Source of the DNA: Chiloscyllium plagiosum
Taxonomy: Eukaryota
Reading direction: 5' to 3'
Length of the DNA: 53,815 nt
Assembly: GCF_004010195.1 (NCBI RefSeq)
Contig: NC_057738.1
Coordinates: 22,898,030-22,951,844 of the forward strand
Below the pieces are notes generated by a model. That model saw nothing but the letters and a program-made list of their open reading frames with translations. It ran no database searches and was not told the DNA's origin. This document shows positions 24,491 to 36,000 of this stretch, one piece after another (position 1 is the first letter of the stretch; each line of letters starts with the position of its first letter). A program made the position numbers and the translations under genes.

Positions 24491-25350
24491 TATGTTTGTA
24501 AAATTCCAGAGGGTCTTAATGCAAAAGAAAAATAAACTTTAGATTGTGATTTAAATTTCAAAACAGTACAATGCAATTGAAAGCTTCTCTGCAGGTTAGT
24601 GCTGCATTTAAAAGATAATAGAATATGATTTGCTTTTTTGTAAAGTTGTGAACATATAAACTTGTAGTGCACATGCTACACTTGTTTCATTACAGATATC
24701 TCGGGATGTTCCCTTGTACATGCTGTATACCTCAGACCAAGCCAGTCATTAGGCTGCATATCCAAGAGGAGCTAAAGTTATCAAGGGTACCACTTATTAA
24801 TAAGCATACTCCAAGGCAGTGCCACTTATGAGGTACTTGTAGATTTCAAAGAGCTCCAGTTATAAGTCCATGTATCTCGGAGAATGCCAGTTCAGAGTCT
24901 AGATCTAGAATCCTAAAATGACAACAACATATGATCATTTAGCAAGTTGTGTCCACACAAAAGTAACCGCATTCCCTTCCACACTTCCCCCACTTCCCTG
25001 TACAGATGCTAACACAATGCCCTTCAGAAAGGCATGACTGTATCTGCCTCAAGAATTCAGGTGAACACATTCCAGATCTTAACCATTAATTGGATAAAAA
25101 AGGATCTCCACATGCTGTCTTTGCTTCTTTTGTTAATTGCGTTGAATGGCATCCTCTGGCACTCAAAACTTCCATGAATGGGAACAGTTTCTCTGCATCT
25201 ACTTTGTCTGGACTCCTCAAGCTTCTGAGCATCTCCAGCACTGATTTTTCCTAAGGAAACCAACCCCAGTGTTTTCAATTTATCCACAGAAATGAACACG
25301 CTCACCCCTGGAATATTTTTTGTAAACTTTTTCCACACCTTCTCTCCAAA

Positions 25351-25576
25351 GGGGGCAGCATGGTGGCTCAGTGGTTAGTACTGCTGCCTCACAGCACCAG
25401 GTCCCAGGTTCAATTCCCGCCTCGGGCAGACTGTGTGTGGAGTTTGCACATTCTCCCAGTGTCTGCGTGTGTTTCCTCCGGGTGCTCCGGTTTCCTCCCA
25501 CAGTCCAAAGATGTGCAGGTCAGGTGAATGGGTCTGGGTAGGTTACTCTTCGAAGGGTCGGTGTGGACTTGTTGGG
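25351..25576 (+). mobile_element. HE1 / V-SINE with an internal deletion, inserted into an old CR1
   Basis: GGGCAGCATGGTGGCTCAGTGG...GGTTCAATTCC A/B boxes plus the V-domain. Confidence 0.88.
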
Positions 25577-25875
25577 AATCGAATAAAAAAAAAAGGTGCC
25601 CCAAATTGAACACAATACTTAACTGAGCTTGAAAGTGTGTGTTTTAAAATATCACCTTCTTGCTTTTGTGTTGTATGTCTTTACTTATTAAAAACTAATG
25701 ACCTGTTTTCTCAAATAATCGGTTTCGCAATGATCCATACAACCCATTATTATTTATTCACATAAAAAGGTCCCAGCCTCTGGTTCTGCACTCCATTAGA
25801 TTTGTATCTCTTTTGTAAAATAAATGTCTTTCCTTATCCTTTCTGTCAAAATGCATTAAGTCACACGTCTTCCCA

Positions 25876-26295
25876 TTTGTCATCTTCATTGTTGGCAATC
25901 ACTCACTCAAGAGTATGATTGTCCATCTAGGAAATTCTGTGATACTGTTCATGAATTCTGTAGGTCCTTGCATGGCTGATGAGCCCGATCCTTGAGTTGC
26001 ATTTCCTACTGCACATATGGCAGGTGTTTTGAGGAGGTGGAATTGGTCCTCAGCCTTGAGGTCTTTGGTATTCCTTTCTCTAGCTCATTTTTTATATTTC
26101 CTCTTGCCATTGGGTGTTCACTTCATGTAGGAGCTTCCTTCAATTTGGTTTCTTCTGAACAAGGGTCTCCCATGTGTTGACATCTTTGTTGCATCTCGAG
26201 GAAATCCTACAGGAGTCTTTGAAAACTTTTCTTGCCTTCTTCTCATTGAAATGTCTTCCTCGAGTTTCCCCGTTTCTCTCCTCAGTCGAAGCAAA
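25876..26295 (-). mobile_element. RTE-clade LINE 3' end
   Basis: RKVFKDS...CNKDVNTWETLV and terminal TCHMCSRKCNSRIGLISHART. Confidence 0.7.
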
Positions 26296-26879
26296 ACACT
26301 CAACACACAGTATAGTTTTACCTCCTTCATCTTTATTTCGGGCCCTGGAGGGAGAGAGAACAATCATCCATGTGCACAGAGACACAAGTTCTTGGTTCTC
26401 TCTGTAATAGCAGTTTCTTAATGAATTATATAGTCATTTTACAGGAAGGAGCATCCAGATAAGGCGACATACATATTGATTGGATAACCATTACAATAAG
26501 CGAGTGTCAATAGTAAAGATTAAACCATCTGCTGTTACACAATGAATAAATGACTTCACATAATGAATATTTTTTCCCCCTTGTTAGATGAAATTGCATA
26601 CTGAATGCTTCCAAATTGTTAAATGGCTCTACATAATGACTGCTTTTCCACCTTGTTAACCCATTAACTTTGCCTCCAGCACCCCATTGTTAACTGAAAG
26701 TTCTGATCTGATCTAAGTCAAGTTCAGCTGAACCTCTTGTTTCACAAAACTCAAAACTTAACTCTTTCCCTGCTTATACCCTATACATATTCTTAAGTGA
26801 AGATGATTTATTTTGGTAGCTGCATCCTAAGCACATCACCAACACACCAGATTTGATTTCAGATTATCATAGCCTGGAT

Positions 26880-27700
26880 GCTGGAGCTGATAGCTGCTTC
26901 AAGGATGTTGAATGTTAATATGCCTGTCCTCCCAAATGATGGAGAATCTGTCTCAAACAATATTCATGATACTTCTCAAGGATCTTGCCAGGAACAACAA
27001 CCACTCTACATGGCCTTCATCAACCTGATCAAGGGTTTTGGCTCAGTCAGTCAGGAAGTGCTATAGAAGATCTTATCAAAGTCCAGTGAAATTCTCAACA
27101 TCCTCCATGACAAATGTCAGCGATGGCCCTCATCAGTGATAATATGACAGAATGTGAGGTCAAATCAGGGGTCAAGCAAAGATGTGTCATCACGTCCACC
27201 TTTTTCTCCATCTTCTTCATTACCATTATTCATCTTGTCTAGAACAAGCTTCCCAGCAATCTAGACATTGTTTACAGGATGGACAGAAAATGTTCCAACT
27301 TCAACTAGTTGAAATCCAAGAAAAAAGAAATGGCAATTACTTCATTTGTGGAACTTCAGTATGCCTCAACAAGACTCAATTCCTTTACCAGCCTGTCCCA
27401 GGTCAAGTTCTCATTCATCTCTCCATTAAGATCAACTTAAAAATTCTCCTAAATATGGAATACTTTCCCAACTTGGGGAGCTACCTCTCATCTAAGGCTG
27501 ACATCAATGTGGAGATGCAACTTCACATCCAGTCTGTGAGTGCTGCCTTCAATGATCGTGACATCCCTACTGATACTAAGATCCTCATGTATCAGGCAGT
27601 CTACCTTCTGACTCTTCTATATGGGTGAAACTTGGACTACATATAGATGCCAACTCAAGACCTTTGAGAAGTACCATCGAGCTCTGAATCAAAACTGCAA
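26880..27700 (+). mobile_element. RTE-clade LINE RT relic
   Basis: PLYMAFINLIKGFGSV, GVKQRCVI, YFPNLGSYLS, TKILMYQAVYLLTLLYG. Confidence 0.78.
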
Positions 27701-28652
27701 TTGTATCTTTTATTGCATAGACTGCAGATTTTTCTGACAAGTCTACTGTGTGGCACATTATCAACCATGTATCAACCTCATTCCTCAACCCTCTTACCTC
27801 ACCAAAAACGTAATCAAATTTGCTGAACATAATTTGCCTTAAACTATTCCTTAATTAATGCATCCTCATCCAAATGACAGGCAATTTTGTTCCAGATTAT
27901 CATTTCTAAAAGTTTCCCTACCAGAGAGGTTAGATTAGCTTTTAGTTACTGGAGTTATCCTCACATTTTGACTGAGAAAGTCTGCAATATTTACAGTCCT
28001 CTGGCACCACAAATGTATCTATGGGTAACTGGAAGATTCTGACCATTACCTCTGCAATTAACACCCTTCTCTTGTGCAGTCCTTGCAATCCTGGTGATTT
28101 AATAACTTTAAGAATAGCCAGCCTTTCTAATATCTCTTTGTCAACTATTATTCATCTGGTGTATCAATTATCTCCACTTTCATATGACATCAGCAGTATC
28201 TTTTCACATGGTAAAGACAGAGACAAAGTTCTAATTTAGTACCTCAGGCAAGTCTTCTGCCTTCACTAAAATTGGTCCCACCTATCCTCTTTCCACCCTT
28301 TTACTATTACATTCATGCAGAAGTTTTTTTTTAAATTGTATTTTGTGCTTTCTGCTAGAATCATTGAGCTTTCTATATTCAACCTGGTTCTTTGTGGAAA
28401 TGCAACTGAGCAATATTATTTTTACAGACAGTCCACTATAATTTCACCTAGTTATCTTTGAATCCAGTTTAACTGGACAGATCAAATTGTACCCTAAATG
28501 AAACTAGTCCCCTTCTTATTGAGTATTTTTATTCTAGATCATTCCTTTTCCTTTTCCATGGATAACCCAAACTTCACAATGCTACAATCACTCTCTGCTT
28601 AATGCTCCCTTACTGACATCTGAGCTACTTGACCAACTATGTTCCAAGAACC

Positions 28653-28954
28653 AGATTAGATTAGATCAGATTAGATTACAGTGTGGAAACAGGCCCTTCG
28701 GCCCAACAAGTCCACACCGACCCGCCGAAGCGAAACCCACCCATACATTTACCCCTTATCTAACACTACAGGCAATTTAGTATGGCCAATTCACCTGACC
28801 CTGCACATCTTTGGATGGTGGGAGGAAACCAGAGCACCCGGAGGAAACCCACGCAGACACGGGGAGAACGTGCAAACTCCACACAGTCAGTCACCTGAGG
28901 CGGGAATTGGCGCTGTGAGGCAGCAGTGCTAGCCACTGTGGCACCATGCCGCCC
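28653..28954 (-). mobile_element. HE1 / V-SINE
   Basis: Near reverse complement of 32458-32772 with an (AGATT)n tail. Confidence 0.9.
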
Positions 28955-29011
28955 AGATCTTACAATACTTTTTTTTTTGTCAGGCTGGAAACTGATCAAA
29001 AAAATTCTTCC

Positions 29012-29140
29012 AAAAACCAAAAGAACTGCAGCTGCTGAAAATCAGAAACAAAAACAGAAATTGCTGGAAAAACTCAGATCTGGCAGCCTCTGTGGAGAGA
29101 AATCAAGAGTTAATATTTTTAGTCCAGTGACCCTTCATAA
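29012..29140 (-). mobile_element. PLE terminal repeat, family C, decayed
   Basis: Similar to 12307-12441. Confidence 0.55.
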
Positions 29141-29653
29141 TTCTTCCCCCTCATTTGTGCTTTACACCACCATTATTCCAGGATAATTATACTCTTCAAA
29201 AATCATTACTCTAAACAAAACTAAAATATTGCAGATTCTGGAAATTTGAAATTTAGAAAACTCTAAAGGGCTGGCAGAACCAGTCCTTAAAAATACAGCC
29301 TTGCAACAATTATTCTGGTTCCCATTCCACACATGCTGCTAGAACTGCTCAGTATTTCCGACATGTTGTGTTTTAAAACATAGCTCCACGGATTTTCGCT
29401 CCTCTCCCTGAATCTCAAACAGGCGGTTATGAGTCAGTGTATCTCAGAGGTTGCCAATTATCAAACCTAGCACAATGGGTAGGCCTTGAGCCACTTCAAG
29501 TTCGTTTCTTTTGCGCGAAAAAAAAAGCGCTATGGAAATATAAGTTGATGTCAGGCGCGACGTGACCGGGTCTGATTCGAGTCGGAACAGGAGGCCGGGA
29601 CATAAAACAAAGTACAAACGTCAGTCTCCGAGCCCGAATACTGTGTTCCTTAC

Positions 29654-29760
29654 CGAACAGGCAAAAAGAGCCCCCTCCGTCCCCTAGCGACCAACAGCCG
29701 GGAGACCTGGTCTCCGGGTGCGCGCTCCCAGTCTTCACCCGCACTACAATCAGTGCGCGC
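29654..29760 (-). other. METTL6: Putative non-coding exon 1 of METTL6 (5' limit uncertain)
   Basis: Strong minus-strand donor CG|GTAAGG at 29654/29653 inside the CpG island; the first coding exon is preceded by an acceptor, so an upstream exon is expected. Confidence 0.55.
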
Positions 29761-29944
29761 GGGCACTGCTCGCGAGCTCGGTACCTTTCGCTGTTTGAAT
29801 TTAACGGCCGTCGCGCGCGGTTCGGTCGGTCGCGTTTTTTTTTGTTTTCCAAACATCCGAAAGGAAAGAGACCGCAAGGCCGGCTGCTTCGCGGGGGGGG
29901 GGGAGGGGAGAAAGGAAAGAATCGATGGTTTGAAGCGTTCGGCG

Positions 29945-30047
29945 ATGAATGGTACCGCGCAGCCGGCGCTGGGCAAGGAAGAGCACGTGCTGAAACTGGG
30001 CGAGAGTTTCGAGAAACGGCCCAAGAGCTCGTTCCACACCATCCGCT
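29945..30047 (+). CDS. EAF1: EAF1 coding exon 1
   Basis: [34 protein letters not shown], donor T|GTGAGT, 103 nt. Confidence 0.96.
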
Positions 30048-33000
30048 GTGAGTGAGGTCGGGGGGGGGGGGCAGGGTGAACGGGGAAGGTAGGCCGGAGA
30101 GGCGGGCCTTGGGAGCCTGGGCCCAGGCCCGAATTGCAACCTCTGGCGGTGACATGGGCGGGGAAACCATAAGCGAAAGGGAGCGAGAGTGAGTGTGTTC
30201 TGGTACCGAGAGTGAAGGGAAACGGGCCCTCTCCGCCCCCTATGCTTACCCGGCGCCTCTGAGAACTCCTGGCTGCCGACCACGGCTTCCGAAGCCTGCT
30301 GTCACCCCGGGATTGACCGCAGAAGTCAAGTTTACGCGAAGCCCTCCAAAGCAAAAACACTACCTCTCCTTCTACCCCCCCAGACAGGGCAACTATAAAC
30401 GAGCAGGGATTAAAGACGCCCTGGGTTTAACGTTTGGTGTGATTGATGGGCCACCCAAGCGGAGACTTGCATTGCGATAGCGCCTCCCAGGCCTCGGGGT
30501 TCCCATCCCCCCCAGTGCCTTGCAGTGTTAGAAATCCCGTAAACAAACACAAAGCAATATCTCACCACCGGCGATGTATTAATTTCCAGCATCCGCAGTA
30601 TTCTGCTTTTCAATTGCTACTTTTGTTTTATGACTTCCCTATTGAGGGATTAAATATTGTGGCTTCTCCTTGTTCTTCATTTTAGTACTGGGGATAGAGT
30701 TTGTACAGCACGGAAAAGACCCTTCCACACATCATGTCATGCCGGTCATAAAGCATCTGTTCTAATTCCATTTTCCAGAACTTGGCCCGTATCTTATATG
30801 CTATTGCCTTTCAAGTGTCCATCTAAATAGTCCTTTAATGTCTAGGGTTCTCACAGAGTTCGAGATACCCACAACCTTTTGGGTGATAAAATAATTGTTC
30901 AGATTCGCTCTAAACTTCTTGTTCCTTATGTTAGAATTGTGCTCCCTGGTTATTGACCCATGTAGGGGGAAAGGTTTCTTTCTACCTACCTATATATCTA
31001 TCAAAATTAAGTTTGTACACCTCAATCACGGCCCTCTCAGCCCCCTCTGCTTTAAGCAAAACAACTCTACCGTATCGAGTGTCTTGTTGGATTCGCTCCA
31101 ATCCAAGTGTATCTCCTCGGTGTAGAGTCTGTTCTGAAATATAAATCTCCTAATACAGGTCACATCCCTCCCATAATATAGTACCAGAACTGCACAAAGT
31201 TTTCCAGCTGTGTCTTAATTAATGTTATTTACAGTTACATAATAACCTACATGATCTTGTGTTCAGTGTGTTGACTAATAAAGGCAAATAACCCATATAC
31301 CTTCATAACCAGCATACCCACCTGTCTTCAAGAATCTATCCACATGCACACCATGGTCCTTTGAGTCCTCTGTGCATCCTTAGGTCCTACCATTTGACAT
31401 GTATCTGCTTGCCTTGTTAGTTCTTCCAAAATCTATCACCTAATTTTTCAGGATTAAATTTGCCAGACCAGTTTGACTATGTCATCCTGTAGTCTCAGGC
31501 TTCTCATGATTTACCACACCACCAATTTTTATGTCATCTGTGAATTTACTGATCATACCTCCTAGATTCGTGTCTGGATCATTAATGTCCACAACAAATA
31601 GCACGGTCCAGCACTAGACCCTGTGGTACTCCACTGGACACAGGCTTCCAATCTTAAAAACAGCCTTTGACCGTCACCATCTGCTTTCTGTCATTTACCT
31701 GAGAAGTCCCCAGCTGACAAATAAATATAAGAATATATTTATATAAAAGTATAAATATAAAGTACTTTTTAAAATACTGCAGTGAACTGTCAGTCTAGGT
31801 TTGTGCTCTGTTGGCTTGAACCAATAATCTTCCACAAGTGATTACTGAGCCAAGGCCAACACATTGATCTGATTGATGTGTTTAAAATGAATTAGGGAGT
31901 TGATAGGGTAATTACGGAGAAGTTTTTGTTTCTTAGAGCAAACCCAGAGTACGGGTTTACACGCTTAAAATTACTGCTGAGGAATTTGGAGTAGAACCTA
32001 GAAGTCTTTTTCATGAAAGAAATTGTGGAAATCTGAAAGTTTTCCTTGCAAAGTACAAATTACAAATAGAGATCAATAGATTTTTGTTGGATCAGAGAAC
32101 CTTGAGATAGGGAATATAATTGAGTAACTAGAGATGAAATAGAGATTAAATAAATCATCTGTTTCAGTGGCAGAGTAAACTCAAGGCTGAATGGTGTACT
32201 CCTGACCTATGTTTGTAGTATGCTAAATATCTGTCCAAGAATATGTGAACACAGCAGTAATTCTTCTACTGTACTATAGGCATTTCTCATGATCTAACTT
32301 GCCGGGAGTATCTGAGACTGTTTCTATTTCAGACAGATGGAGAGTGTTTTCCATCTTAATTACAACAAATCATAGTGCATGCTTGATTTGTTTGAGCACT
32401 GGAATTGTTTTGGAATGCCCAGTTTTTTTTCCTCTCTATTTTTTTCCACTCTATTATGGGCAGCACGGTGGCACAGTGGTTAGCACTGCTGCCTCACAGC
32501 GCCGGAGACCCGGGTTCAATTCCCGCCTCAGGCGACTGACTGTGTGGAGTTTGCACGTTCTCCCCGTGTCTGCGTGGGTTTCCTCCGGGTGCTCCGGTTT
32601 CCTCCCACAGTCCAAAGATGTGCAGGTCAGGTGAATTGGCCATGCTTAATTGCCCGTAGAGTTAGGTAAGGGGTAAATGTAGGGGTATGGGTGGGTTGCG
32701 CTTCGGCGGGTCGGTGTGGACTTGTTGGGCCGAAGGGCCTGTTTCTACACTAAGTAATCTAATCTAATCTATATTCCTTACCTATGCTGACTCATGGGCT
32801 CCTTGTTGGACCGTAACTCCAAAGATGTTATGGACCATCTTCGTCCTAAATCAACTAGGAATGCTGTTTGCTATTGATAGACAAATGTTGTATACAAGAT
32901 GCTGGGCAACAACAGGGCTATATGTGTTTGTGGCATTATCATAGTCAAATCACTCAGATGCTGATTGCTCATCTTCATACACCTAAAAGTAGGAAGAGTA

Positions 33001-36000
33001 CAAATGTATGTGAACATAATTGATGGAGAGCCCTCCAAAACTTGTACTCCAACTCTCCCTTCATTTCATCTAACTATTGTACTTTAGTTTCACCATAAGT
33101 CTGCTTTGTTCTGCAAATCCCTGTGGAGGCTGTTGAAATTACAACACTTAAAAGACATCTGGATGGGTACATGCCATAGGAAGGGTTTAGAGGGATATGG
33201 GCCAAATGCTGGCAAATGGGATTAGATTAATTCAGGATACCTGGTTGGCATGGACAAGTTGGACCGAAAGGTCTGTTTCCATTGCTGTACAGCTCTATGA
33301 CTCAAGTGGACATAATTTTGCATTAGTAATAGAGTCCCTTTGCCAGAAGTATTTTCACAACTGGCTACATTGTACTTAAAAACAAATTTATCCCAATGAA
33401 ACACCATATTCTTAACTAACTTTGAAGAACTGAAGTTTTTCACTAATTGATAGATACTTAAAATGTCTCAATCATTTAATATAAGGCTGTTATTCAAGAA
33501 TATGAGTTCTGAAATTTCATACTACTTGCATTCTTATGCACAGTGTATAATGTTTTCTATAGGAGTTAAAACTAAAATATAGTTAAAATAGTTAAACAAA
33601 ATGTTTAATATAAGTTATCTGAAAAGGAGTAGTGGCACAATATAAAAAGCAAACATCCACAGAGCAAATGAGGTGATTTTATTAGCTATGTGTAACCATA
33701 TTTGGTCGATTAAAAAATTTTTTTTTTGGTATCTGATCTATGCATCTTTTTCCTTCAGATGATTTTAAACCAGCATCCATTGACACCTCTTGTGAGGGTG
33801 AGCTACAGGTTGGAAAAGGTGACCAAGTCACCATAACTTTACCACACATCCCAGTAAGTTTTCAGTTTTTTCATCAATGCTATTTATATTCTTGACCAAT
33901 TGAAATTGTTTTCATCTCATATAGGTTTTGTAAATCAAATATATTTATCAGAACACAGGTCACTATTGATTTCTCCAGCATCTCACCCATCCTACTCCTT
34001 TTTGACTATACCAATATTAACAGACTATCAAAAAGTTCAGCTTCAGTATGTGTAGCTTCAAAAAGAATATTGTCAAGTAAGGTGTCCAAGCCAACATTTT
34101 TATTTAAAAAATCCTGGAGAAACTTAGCAGGTCTAGCAGCATCTGGAGAAAAAGCAGAGTCGACGTTTCAGACCCAGTGATCCTTCTTCAGAACATATTT
34201 TAATTTGATTTTTTTTTAATCCTACTATGTCAAACATCCTTTCTTGGTCTTTGATTTTTTTCAAATTGCAAAATAAAAATGAATTGCAAATGTACTAAAT
34301 CGTGACTTTGGCTTGTTAGTTCAGTAGAATCACTATACTCCTTGAAATTGTAATGAGGCTTCCTCCATAAGGTCACTTTTGGACAGGTTGTTTGGGACAA
34401 ATGTGTGTTCCAAATGATTGTCATAAAATATCTTGAGTTGTTTCTCAAGCCGGGGATGGATGCCATGCAGCAAAAGAATAGTTGAGAAAAGTGAATAAAG
34501 TATGTCACTATATAAAGATTAATGCCTCCCTACTTTGTTTCATTTAGAACATAGAACATAGAACAATACAGCACAGAACAGGCCCTTCGACCCACGATGT
34601 TGTGCAGAACAGTTGTCCTAGCTTAAGCACCCATCCATGTACCTATCCAATTGCCGCTGTTCCTCCACCTCACTAAGAACCCTACCGTTAACCCTGTATT
34701 CCGCATTCTTATTTGTCTTTCCAAAATGGACAACCTCACACTTGGCAGGGTTGAACTCCATCTGCCATTCCTCAGCCCAGCTCTGCATAATATGTTAGCC
34801 AGTTTTCTATCCAATTGGCCAGATTTCCCTCTATCCCATGCCTCCTGACTTTCCGTATAAGCCTACCATGGGGAACCTTATCAAATGCCTTACTAAAATC
34901 CATGTATACTACATCCACTGCTCTACCCTCATCCACATGCTTGGTCACCTCCTCAAAGAATTCAATCAGACTTGTAAGCAAGACCTCCCCTTCACAAATC
35001 CGTGCTGACTGTCCCTAATCAAGCAGTGTCTTTCCAGATACTCATAAATCCTATCCCTCAGTACCCTTTCCATTACTTTGCCTACCACCGAAGTAAGACT
35101 AACTGGCCTGTAATTCCCGGGGTTATCCCTATTCCCTTTTTTGAACAGGGGCACAACATTCGCCACTCTCCAGTCCCCTGGTACCACCCTCGTTGACAGT
35201 GAAGACAAAAAGATTATTGCCAACGGTACTGCAATTTCCTCTCTTGCTTCCCACATAATCCTAGGATATATCCCGTCAGGTCCAGGGGACTTGTCTATCC
35301 TCAAGTTGTTCAAAATGTCCAACACATCTTCCTTCCTAACAAGTATTTCCTCCTTTAAAAATCTTCTTTAAAATTTGGTCAAAGTAATGGATTTTTTTGT
35401 CACCACTTCTAATATCTCCTGTGAAACATGTTAGAATGTTTTTCTATGTTTAAGCAATCAGTATAAATGCAAATATAAACAGATCACTTTGAGTGTCAAG
35501 GAGTGACTAGTCATAGAGATATACAGCATGGAAACAGATCCTTCAGTCCAGCACATCCATACCGACCAGAGATCCTAAATTAATCTAGTCCCATTTGCCA
35601 GCCTTTGGCCCATATCTCTGTAAATCTTTCCTATTCATATACCCATCCACATGCCTTTTAAATGTTGTAATTGTACCAGCCTCCACCACTTCGTCTGGTA
35701 GCTCAATCCATACGCGCAACATCCTCTGCGTGAAAAAGTTGTCCCTTTTAAATCTTTCTCCCCTCACCTTAAACCTATGCCCTCTAGTCTTGGACTCTCC
35801 TAACTTGGGAGAAAGACCTTGTCTATTTACCATATCCGTGCCCTTCATGATTTTATAAACCTCTATTGTCTCCAATGCTCCAGGGAAAATAGCCCCAGCA
35901 TTTTCAGCTCAAACCCTCCAACCCTGGCAACATTCTTGTAAATCTTTTCTGAACCCTTTCAAGTTTCACAACATCTTTACTGTAGCAGGGAAAGTAGAAT

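Larger units (their letters stand above)
29550..30500. promoter_or_regulatory. CpG island / bidirectional promoter for METTL6 and EAF1
   Basis: Sharp rise in GC and CpG against an AT-rich background; divergent genes; contains ACTACAATC (~29743, ZNF143/THAP11-like half site) and the palindrome GCTCGCGAGC (~29768). Confidence 0.85.

Noticed and set aside
29496-30360. Long overlapping minus-strand ORFs (224, 236 and 160 aa)
   Set aside because: Stop-poor GC-rich CpG island, low-complexity Pro/Arg/Ser translations, antisense to EAF1 exon 1; no recognisable domain.
32458-32530. tRNA-like A/B boxes
   Set aside because: This is the head of an HE1 SINE, repeated five times in the window, not a tRNA gene.
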